DNA from: Paramoeba atlantica
Taxonomy: Eukaryota > Protista > Discosea
Assembly (NCBI GenBank): GCA_977017575.1
Contig: CDRNVI010000080.1
Coordinates: 1-64,000, forward strand
Reading direction: 5' to 3'
DNA: 64,000 nt
The position numbers and the translations under genes are program-made. The notes beneath the pieces are model-generated. The model searched no databases, was not told where the DNA came from, and saw only the letters and a program-made list of their open reading frames with translations. This document shows, one piece after another, positions 1 through 9,532 of the stretch. Within the stretch, counting starts at the first letter, position 1. Each line of letters begins with the position of its first letter.

Positions 1-2470
1 CTCTTTCTTCCTCTTTCTTCCTCTTTCTTCCTCTTTCTTCCTCTTTCTTCCTCTTTCTTCCTCTTTCTTCCTCTTTCTTCCTCTTTCTTCCTCTTTCTTC
101 CTCTTTCTTCCTCTTTCTTCCTCTTTCTTCCTCTTTCTTCCTCTTTCTTCTCTTTCTTCCTCTTTCTTCCTCTTTCTTCCTCTTTCTTCCTCTTTCTTCC
201 TCTTTCTTCCTCTTTCTTCCTCTTTCTTCCTCTTTCTTCCTCTTTCTTCCTCTTTCTTCCTCTTTCTTCCTCTTTCTTCCTCTTTCTTCCTCTTTCTTCC
301 TCTTTCTTCCTCTTTCTTCCTCTTTCTTCCTCTTTCTTCCTCTTTCTTCCTCTTTCTTCCTCTTTCTTCCTCTTTCTTCCTCTTTCTTCCTCTTTCTTCC
401 TCTTTCTTCCTCTTTCTTCCTCTTTCTTCCTCTTTCTTCCTCTTTCTTCCTCTTTCTTCCTCTTTCTTCCTCTTTCTTCCTCTTTCTTCCTCTTTCTTCC
501 TCTTTCTTCCTCTTTCTTCCTCTTTCTTCCTCTTTCTTCCTCTTTCTTCCTCTTTCTTCCTCTTTCTTCCTCTTTCTTCCTCTTTCTTCCTCTTTCTTCC
601 TCTTTCTTCCTCTTTCTTCTCTTTCTTCCTCTTTCTTCCTCTTTCTTCCTCTTTCTTCCTCTTTCTTCCTCTTTCTTCCTCTTTCTTCCTCTTTCTTCCT
701 CTTTCTTCCTCTTTCTTCTCTTTCTTCCTCTTTCTTCCTCTTTCTTCCTCTTTCTTCCTCTTTCTTCCTCTTTCTTCCTCTTTCTTCTCTTTCTTCCTCT
801 TTCTTCCTCTTTCTTCCTCTTTCTTCCTCTTTCTTCCTCTTTCTTCCTCTTTCTTCCTCTTTCTTCCTCTTTCTTCCTCTTTCTTCCTCTTTCTTCCTCT
901 TTCTTCCTCTTTCTTCCTCTTTCTTCCTCTTTCTTCCTCTTTCTTCCTCTTTCTTCCTCTTTCTTCCTCTTTCTTCCTCTTTCTTCCTCTTTCTTCCTCT
1001 TTCTTCCTCTTTCTTCCTCTTTCTTCCTCTTTCTTCCTCTTTCTTCCTCTTTCTTCTCTTTCTTCCTCTTTCTTCCTCTTTCTTCCTCTTCTTCCTCTTT
1101 CTTCCTCTTTCTTCCTCTTTCTTCCTCTTTCTTCCTCTTTCTTCCTCTTTCTTCCTCTTTCTTCCTCTTTCTTCCTCTTTCTTCCTCTTTCTTCCTCTTT
1201 CTTCCTCTTTCTTCCTCTTTCTTCCTCTTTCTTCCTCTTTCTTCCTCTTTCTTCCTCTTTCTTCCTCTTTCTTCCTCTTTCTTCCTCTTTCTTCCTCTTT
1301 CTTCCTCTTTCTTCCTCTTTCTTCCTCTTTCTTCCTCTTTCTTCCTCTTTCCCTCTTTCTTCCTCTTTCTTCCTCTTTCTTCCTCTTTCTTCCTCTTTCT
1401 TCCTCTTTCTTCCTCTTTCTTCCTCTTTCTTCCTCTTTCTTCCTCTTTCTTCCTCTTCTTCCTCTTTCTTCCTCTTTCTTCCTCTTTTCTTCCTCTTTCT
1501 TCCTCTTTCTTCCTCTTTCTTCCTCTTTCTTCCTCTTTCTTCCTCTTTCTTCCTCTTTCTTCCTCTTTCTTCCTCTTTCTTCCTCTTTCTTCCTCTTTCT
1601 TCCTCTTTCTTCCTCTTTCTTCCTCTTTCTTCCTCTTTCTTCCTCTTTCTTCCTCTTTCTTCCTCTTTCTTCCTCTTTCTTCCTCTTTCTTCCTCTTTCT
1701 TCCTCTTTCTTCCTCTTTCTTCCTCTTTCTTCCTCTTTCTTCCTCTTTCTTCCTCTTTCTTCCTCTTTCTTCCTCTTTCTTCCTCTTTCTTCCTCTTTCT
1801 TCCTCTTTCTTCCTCTTTCTTCCTCTTTCTTCCTCTTTTCTTCCTCTTTCTTCCTCTTTCTTCCTCTTTCTTCCTCTTTCTTCCTCTTTCTTCCTCTTTC
1901 TTCCTCTTTCTTCCTCTTTCTTCCTCTTTCTTCCTCTTTCTTCCTCTTTCTTCCTCTTTCTTCCTCTTTCTTCCTCTTTCTTCCTCTTTCTTCCTCTTTC
2001 TTCCTCTTTCTTCCTCTTTCTTCCTCTTTCTTCCTCTTTCTTCCTCTTTCTTCCTCTTTCTTCCTCTTTCTTCCTCTTTCTTCCTCTTTCTTCCTCTTTC
2101 TTCCTCTTTCTTCCTCTTTCTTCCTCTTTCTTCCTCTTTCTTCCTCTTTCTTCCTCTTTCTTCCTCTTTCTTCCTCTTTCTTCCTCTTTCTTCCTCTTTC
2201 TTCCTCTTTCTTCCTCTTTCTTCCTCTTTCTTCCTCTTTCTTCCTCTTTCTTCCTCTTTCTTCCTCTTTCTTCCTCTTTCTTCCTCTTTCTTCCTCTTTC
2301 TTCCTCTTTCTTCCTCTTTCTTCCTCTTTCTTCCTCTTTCTTCCTCTTTCTTCCTCTTTCTTCCTCTTTCTTCCTCTTTCTTCCTCTTTCTTCCTCTTTC
2401 TTCCTCTTTCTTCCTCTTTCTTCCTCTTTCTTCCTCTTTCTTCCTCTTTCTTCCTCTTTCTTCCTCTTTC
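1..2470 (-). repeat. Homogeneous 10-bp tandem array (CTCTTTCTTC)n; candidate non-canonical telomere, purine strand (GAAGAAAGAG)n pointing to the window start
   Basis: ~247 near-perfect units with occasional 1-nt indels. Runs to position 1 and has a sharp junction at 2470/2471. Array is certain; telomere role is inferred. Confidence 0.95.
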
Positions 2471-3410
2471 ATTCGTGTAGGCCCCTTCTATAACTACCAT
2501 TGTGTCCGGGCGAAAAGGATGAGCTTTGGTTGTTTTCGTCTTGTGCCCCCAGTACAGGATGATGCAGTCCGGTCGTGCCACTATGAAATCCCTTCGTTTC
2601 AAAAGCGCGACTTCCCCCGCACGAGATGCGGTTTTGTAGGCAATCAGTACTGTAGCTGCCATTTCTGACGTCATAAATGGTAGCAACTTGTTCAGTTGTG
2701 CCTTGGTCAAAGGCTGGGCTTGTTGAAATGGAATTTGCGATCCGCGTCGAATTAGTGACTTTAGCAGAAGACGGGAATGCGTTGCTAGCTTCCCGGACTG
2801 TACCATCAATGCTATAAGGTGCTTCAGATACGTTTCTTTCGTTTGGAGTGACAAGGACATGTCGTTTATTAGTTTTACGACATCGTCGTCGAATAATTTG
2901 AGACGGCGGGAATGCAACATTCGTAGCAGGCGGGCACGCGTTAACCATGTTGTCTGACACCACATTGGAACTAATGCTTGTTGTGTCGTCCATTTTCTTA
3001 TGCCCATGACTTCCATTACAAATTGAACTTCCTCGCTGTAAGATCTTCTTTGGAATGCTGCTCTTGCTAGGGTGCGACGTTGCGGTAAAGAAACTAGCTT
3101 GCTTTTTTGACTTAATGAAATTGTCTTCAATTGTCCGTGAACCGGAGTTATCCTCTTTTCGCTCTGGAGTTTTATTGGTTGAGATGGATTTGTACTTATT
3201 TTGATCGTTTTTACCGAACGGGTGCGACGTTGCGGTAGAGAAACTAACTTGCTTTTTTGACTTAATGTAATTTGATGGTCGGAATGAAACTTGCTGGACT
3301 GTGATTGTTTTAAAACTTTTTTCATATTCTGGTTTTGATTTATTGTAGAAAGAACTTTTAAACCTATTTTTGACTGGCTTTTGCCACGGGGGCGGACTTC
3401 GGAGAGTCAA
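2469..3410 (-). pseudogene. Overlapping -1 frame ORF, probably the N-terminal extension of the lost RT/RNaseH ORF
   Basis: Same -1 phase relative to YR as the RT ORF of the element at 28.6-31.5 kb. Open from ~3590 to the repeat junction. No domain of its own recognised. Confidence 0.55.
2471..3325 (-). pseudogene. Tyrosine recombinase of a TATE/VIPER-like retroelement, truncated by the repeat array (missing from ORF track)
   Basis: Manual translation in the gag frame gives PMWCQTTWLTRARL...AYKTASRAGEVALLKRRDF...IILYWGHKTKTTKAHPFRP, matching PMWATATWATRERL...CWKAAARWTETADLRREQF...VIIYWGRGTKTTRLNPYRP of the YR at 30321-31505. First ATG at 3325. The frame runs without a stop into the purine repeat; the C-terminal HxxR and catalytic Tyr are lost. 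Confidence 0.9.
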
Positions 3411-4786
3411 CTTCGCGGGCCAGACCCCCTCCCGCGAAAACCCGCTCTTCCATAGCTTCCTGCTGTAGTGCTCAACGTGGCGCCGTATCCTCCACGAAAC
3501 GATCCTCGATAAGAAACATGTCCACCACGCCCTCGACCTCGTCCGCGCGAACCATAGGAAATGCTCTGACGTATCGTATTTCCCAATGTATCATCGCTGC
3601 GTTGAGTTTCGTAGCGAGTCCTTACGTACGTTGAATCAGCCCCACGAAGGACGCCTTGTGTTATACGCACTTTGTCAAGTAACTTTTGTCCTATGCTTGC
3701 TTGATGTGGATCCTCCAAGTCAATACCTCCCCGACGGAACGCATCGCGCATCCATTCTCGCAATAGGCTCCAATGAAAGGCCGAATCTTCCGTCATTATT
3801 GCTGGCAATTCTAGGTCGATACGAATACGATGCTCTAGTAAATCGACACTGTGCTGATCGACCGATCGGAGGTACTCATTCCACGTCCGAACATCGTGAA
3901 ACACAAACTTCCCAGGCACTTCTTCGCACGGTTCAAATTCTGATGCGTCCTCAATCTTCCCAGGCATTATTGGAATCTGGTTAACGACGTGAACTCTTGT
4001 GTAGGTGACACCATCCTTTGGGAAAGGAAAGTCCCCTTTTTCGTATTTAACAATCAAATTGGGATTTCCATCATCATCGTTACCCGCCTTTGGGTTGCCT
4101 CGCCATGTTATTGCGGTAAGTGGGCCGTTTTTCTCGAGGTACCAGGTTACTTCGATTTCAACCTCATTTTCTTCCAGTAGTGCTGTAATGCGTAAAACCT
4201 TCTCTTGCACTTCGTCCTCTGAAAGAGGTTGCGCGGACATCGCTGGGTTTCGGGTTATGTTTCTCACCGAAGTCTGAGAGGTGGGTACCGGAGTGGAACG
4301 GTCGTTCCCAGAAGCTAAAGGGCTGACGCGTAGGTTTTGAATAAGCGCCTCTAATCGTTCATCTGACTGTGTAGTACGGCGCTCCCAAAATGACTGCTGC
4401 TCCTGTTGGGCTTTCAGAAGTGTCTCAAGTTGTCTTGATAGTCCACCAAATACTTCCAGCATCTGGTTGGCAGATTGGACTCGCGGATCAACAGCACCAT
4501 TTTGTGCGCTTGCCGCAGTTTGCGAACTCGTTTCTTCTTCTACTACACGGCTAAAGGGGTTCGCGAGTCTCGGTACAGAACGGGATCGTTGACGCGTCGC
4601 TCTGCGCTTGTTCAGATTTGGATAAATTGGAATTGGCTCCTCTGTGTCCTCTTCAGGAGAAATAGCATGCTCTGGGCGTATTGCGGCTTGCGCAGCGGCC
4701 TGAGATCGAGTTGTCGGCATAAAACTTTTTCTTTTCAAATAGCGGAAATATTCTAACACGTACAACAATAATGATAATAATGCCAT
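3407..4786 (-). CDS. Gag-like ORF1 of YR retroelement (probable true start MPTTRSQ at 4720), RGG-rich C-terminus
   Basis: 459-aa ORF directly upstream of and in frame with YR. Has a coiled-coil-like segment and the W..W.G...V.Y...FP module also seen in the gag at 35256-36680. Confidence 0.75.
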   Translation of the reverse strand: MALLSLLLYVLEYFRYLKRKSFMPTTRSQAAAQAAIRPEHAISPEEDTEEPIPIYPNLNKRRATRQRSRSVPRLANPFSRVVEEETSSQTAASAQNGAVDPRVQSANQMLEVFGGLSRQLETLLKAQQEQQSFWERRTTQSDERLEALIQNLRVSPLASGNDRSTPVPTSQTSVRNITRNPAMSAQPLSEDEVQEKVLRITALLEENEVEIEVTWYLEKNGPLTAITWRGNPKAGNDDDGNPNLIVKYEKGDFPFPKDGVTYTRVHVVNQIPIMPGKIEDASEFEPCEEVPGKFVFHDVRTWNEYLRSVDQHSVDLLEHRIRIDLELPAIMTEDSAFHWSLLREWMRDAFRRGGIDLEDPHQASIGQKLLDKVRITQGVLRGADSTYVRTRYETQRSDDTLGNTIRQSISYGSRGRGRGRGGHVSYRGSFRGGYGATLSTTAGSYGRAGFRGRGSGPRS

Positions 4787-4824
4787 ATGTTTTCGATATA
4801 AGACGTAATCAAAATTACTTTCTC

Positions 4825-5130
4825 AAGTTTACAAAATTTAGGCGAGGGCTATTTACGTTTAATAACCTGGCCCTTCGGGGCACATAAATATATGAACTTA
4901 TGATATGGCCCTTCGGGGCACATGTATTATAAGTTTCTTCTTTCTCATATTCTTCAGTTTATGACTTTCAAACATCAACATATTTAGTAGACTTTATTTC
5001 CTTTTTGTAGCTGTACTACGAGTTTCGAGGCCCACCCACCAACACCCAGCCTCGGCTGCGGGGTGTGGGGGTCTGAGCCCCTTCACTTCGTACTACTAGT
5101 ATTTAATATTTACGTTATAGCACGCAAGGC
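4825..5130 (+). repeat. Diverged relative of the A-B terminal-repeat unit
   Basis: Shares AAATTTAG.CGAGGG, CTGGCCCTTCGGGGCACATA (twice) and GCCCACCCACC..C.CCCAGCC with the units at 11124-11558 and 13333-13751. Confidence 0.6.
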
Positions 5131-5132
5131 CT

Positions 5133-5502
5133 TTTTTCATTCATTTGCCTCCAGAAGTGGGCTACGCTCACAGTTGGGCCTTGCTTGCAAACGGGGGCTT
5201 TTGCCTCCAGAAGTGGGCTACGCTCACAGTTGGGCCTTGCCTCTGGACAATCCTGCGGAAGGGGTAGACACAGGTTCTCAGTGCGCGACCCGCGCGCTGG
5301 AGCGCACGGGTCGCCAAAAAATATTATTATGTCCCAGGACTACGCTCACAGTTCGGCCTTCGCAAAAATTTAGTAAAATATGAAAAAGTGAAAAAGTCAA
5401 AAACACCTTCGATGAGTACTCATCGAAAGTCTACAACTTTCCGTGAGACTCATCGAAAGTCTACAACTTACGATGAGTACTCATCGAAGGTCCCCCCTAG
5501 CC
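5133..5502 (-). mobile_element. Isolated arm of the TIR element family (inverted copy of 9533-9737 and internal parts)
   Basis: 5403-5502 is the reverse complement of 9533-9632 and ends in CCCCCCTAGCC. Confidence 0.85.
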
Positions 5503-6937
5503 GATGATTCTTTTAGCAAAATGTGCCAATGTTCGTCAACAATACCTGATTCGTGTCCACCCGCCCGAAACAACAGAGAAAGCATCATCACAATTCGATC
5601 AAGCGGTTGAAAATGTGGTAGAGTCTTGGATTGGTCCACTCTCTCCCGATCAAATGAAAATTGTACGATTACCCGTTAAGAAGGGATGAATGGGTTTGAC
5701 AGCGAGCAGTCCCCTTAGGGAGACGGCATATGTGGCATCCCGCTACTCGGTTCTTGAGCGCCGAAACTCTTTTTCAGCTCGGATCGACAACGCGGTGCCA
5801 TCACACCCGTCTATTCCTAAGAACTCGACAATGAAAGTCATACCAGTGGACGAAAAAGCTTCCACCAGCATTCATCATGTCGAAGTATTGAAAGAGTTGC
5901 AAACGGATCCCGACATTAAGCCCATTCTACAAGCCACATCCTTCAAAGGAAACAGCGACTGGATCCTTTCCAACGCGAAGTACATCCCTTCCCATCTCTT
6001 CAAACTCGCGATTATGCCACGACTAAATGCCCAACACCCAGATCTACCTACCAGTCTATTGTGTCCAGGGTGCGGTATTCTCCTCAATAACCGAAACGCC
6101 CTCACCCATATCCCAGGCTGTGCTCAATGTTCAGGTATAAATACGACCGTGAAACATAACTCACTTGTCGGATTTTTACATCGTCTATGCGTGAAAGCAG
6201 GCATCCCATGTGAAACGGAACCTAGAAACTTTTCTACGTGGAAGTGCATCGCTTGCCGATCTACAATCAGTCCGGAAAACCAGTTGGTACATCAGAAGAC
6301 TTGTGCAGGAAAAAAACTTTATCGTTCTGGCCCCGATCTCGTGATCTATTGGAACACGGGTGCGGTCTTCTATGATCTGACAGTTATTCACGAACTCTCA
6401 ATGTCTAATCGTGGAAAGAAATGCACACAGCTCATGAATGACGCGCTGCAGCGAAAGTCCAACACATATGTACGTACGAACTTAATTCGTGAAGACTCAT
6501 TTCAATGTTTACCCGTACTGGCAGGAGGCGCTTTGCACCGCAATACGCAGAACTTGGTACACTCGCTAGCAGACGCGGCCATGCTAAACAGGAAACAGGT
6601 CGAACTCGAAATGAAGCTGACGATTCAGGAGCTTAATGGATTAGGGATTTATGCGCAGCTAAAGAAATACTTAGACGGCTGCACGCAAACTCAAGAATAT
6701 AGTATATAAGTTCTAAACACAATATCACTATAAGCTGAGTCAGCTTATAAAATTATATAGATTTCATTTTCGGGATAGTTTCTCTTTGAAAATTGAGAGA
6801 AGGGGGGAAGGTGAACATGTCTCATAAAGATTTCACACTTGTGGAAGTTTATTCTTCTAAAGCCTGCAGTCAGGATAGATTTTTCAGAACTATTTGGAAG
6901 TGTGATTATACCAAAAAAAAAAAAAAAAAAAAAAAAA
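5503..6937 (+). pseudogene. 3' part of a family-B CRE-like RLE non-LTR element with in-frame stop and poly(A) tail
   Basis: 5504-5689 and 5690-6709 are one frame broken by TGA (KKG*MGL vs KMGGLG in the 6793 ORF). Shows CPGC..H..GC..C knuckle, KHN, EP, GPD..YD RLE motifs. A-tract at 6913-6937. Confidence 0.85.
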
Positions 6938-9532
6938 GTACGAAGTCAACAAAGCGGAGGCGAGGGCCGTTCGTCGTACGAAATGGATGTCCCCAAAAAA
7001 AAAAAAAACGCAAAAACGAAGAATTTCCGAAGGCTCCAGATCACATCAACACCATTATCCATGAATGGGGCAAAGGAACGACGTGCGAACTGAGATGGGG
7101 ATTCAAAAAAGAGCAGAAATATGCCTCAAAAGGAGTAGTGGTGAAGAGGACTGTCCGAAAAGGTATTGTAAAGCTGAAGGTGGAATACAAGCCAAGCGAC
7201 GGAGACAATGGACCCTCTGGTTTTATCTACCTTCCTCCATCTGCAAAAGTGAAAATTTGGTCCATTAAGGCACTGTGTCTAAATAAAGTAAAAAGCGTCG
7301 ATGTGTCAATGGAAAACACTGGAAATTCAGAGAACAAGGAGGAGCGAGGCATTGAGGGAACATCTGATTTGGAACCGCTGCCAAAGATGGCACAAATTGA
7401 TCCAACGTTTGCCGTCCATGTAATCGCGATTTTTCGTTCCATTATTAAAGCGTACCCGAAGGCTCAGACAGAAGCAGAAAGAACTGTTATCTGGCACAAA
7501 CTCCTCGATACACCACGGGACTCTTTGGCCACAATCCGTCTAAACTACCTACGGCGCCAGAGCTCCGTACAGCGTCGAGGGAGACGTGAGTGGGAAACTA
7601 TCGATACGAACATTACCGAGGAAGAACGACTTGTACAAGAAGTAGACAAACGATCAATTCGAAATGCATTGCAAGCAGCAAAGGAAGGAAATCTTGGAAA
7701 AGCTACCCGCATACTCGACAATGTTTACAAGGACTCTGCTCTTCCACTCTGGGAAAAGGTTGACAAACTTCGAGATCTACACCCCAAAGGCCCTACACCT
7801 CAAACTTCTGATCGAGACTTCCCGCGAATTGCGATATTGGAACCTTCTGAACTTCGTCTAGCGACTGAAAAATTGTCAAAAGGTGCAGCTCCTGGCCCGA
7901 CAGGTCTGAGTGAAAGCATGATGCGAATTTTAGTGGAGGACGAAGAATCCTGCCTTTCACTCTGCCACATGCTGAGAGACGTCATAAATGGGGAAGTTGC
8001 GAAAAGTGTCCGAGTAAGATTAACACGATGCAGAATGATAGCCCTTGCAAAACCGAACAATGGAATACGACCGGTTGCAATGGGGGAAACGCTGCTAAAA
8101 ATTTGCGGTTGTATCCTCCTTGAGCGCCATGCGAACTCCTTGTCAGACATATTCCAACCGATCCAAAGAGGCATATTACAAAAGAATGCATGTGAGTCCA
8201 TTGTACATGAACTTTTGGAAGAGCATGAAGCTGGAGCCACAATTTTGACGATTGACTTCAAGAATGCATACAATACGCCACAACGTACGGCAATAGAAGA
8301 AGCGCTCCTTCAATACCCAGTATTCAAACACTTTATGCGAATGTTCTATTTTGAATATGGTCAACCATCGGAACTTTTATTTTTCGCCAACGACTCATTA
8401 CATTCCGTGATCGAAAGCTCGTCTGGGGTCCGTCAAGGATCAGCACTCTCTTCGGTTTATTTTTGCGCACTGCTACAAGGTCCTTTGAAAGAAATTGCGA
8501 AGCTCTATCCAGAGGTTACTATCAGAGCCTACCAGGACGATGTGACGATGAGCTCCAAAAATGAGTCGTCTTTGGAAGTTGCGTTCCTTCACCTCAAAGA
8601 ACTAGCAAGTGGTCTGAATCTTGAAATTAATTCCCGTAAATGCGAAGTATTCCAAGGCAACAGTTCAACGAATAATCGAGGGATGGATCTCAAGGAACTT
8701 GGGGTGGAAGACTGTGTGGATTCCATCAAGGTCCTAGGAGCATACATCGGGCATAATAAAGCCGTTGAACGAAAGCTCTTGGAGAAGTTAGGGAAACATA
8801 AATGTTTATTTCGAAGACTTCGCGCTATGGGTCCCAGCAACTTGTCACTAGCGATTCTCAAGCGATGTACCATACCCCGTCATGATTACCACCTTCGAGT
8901 CCACAAACCTGGAGCTTCGTTTCTTCTTGCCCAGGTGTTCGACGAGGAAATCCATGAGATCTTAAAGAAATGGTGTGGTGCAGATAGTGAAGCACTTAAA
9001 CTCTCTGCCCTCCCATGTAAAATGGGAGGTCTAGGAATCACCTCAACCGTTCTAAAGCAACGCTACTTTTTCGAAGCGTCCCTAAAATCTATTGATGAGC
9101 GATCGAAACCCATTAATGCTCCGGTAGATAAGGGAGGCAAGAAACAAGCCGACAGCACACGAACGAATTCACAAGCTGCACGCACCCAGCTAAGAAAGAG
9201 CATGAAGAATGAACACGAGAAGACAGCAGCAGAATTGAATGCAATACCGAGATTCCAAAATATCATAAAGCGAACGAAGGAGGCGAACAATCACTTAGAT
9301 TCAACGTGCAACTACGTAAATCCATATCTTTTTCGTTACACTCTAATGATGCGCCTAGGAATTGCTCTAACTAATGTGTCAGGCGAGATTACATGCCCTG
9401 GATGTGGAACAATCGAAACATCAAGCAAAATCATTCCTCACGTAGCGGGATGTTCACGATGTGCTGGCATGAATTGCACGAGAAAACATTCTCATTTGGT
9501 ACGCTATATTGCCGAAATGTGTTCCAAAGCTG

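Noticed and set aside
5403-5502. CRISPR-like palindromic repeat-spacer arrays (also 9545-9630, 10755-10840)
   Set aside because: Only three units, spacers identical and ~11 bp, no cas genes, eukaryotic context; explained as TIR sub-repeats.
5687-5689. Stop-codon reassignment (Blastocrithidia-type code)
   Set aside because: This TGA aligns to Gly, not Trp, and ORFs of 1200-1400 aa are open under the standard code with normal stops.
6793-7008. Lys-rich N-terminus of the 924-aa ORF
   Set aside because: Read-through of upstream UTR and poly(A) tracts; similar poly-Lys/Phe ORFs at 14362, 19396, 33555, 44855 and 55306 are artefacts of A/T runs.
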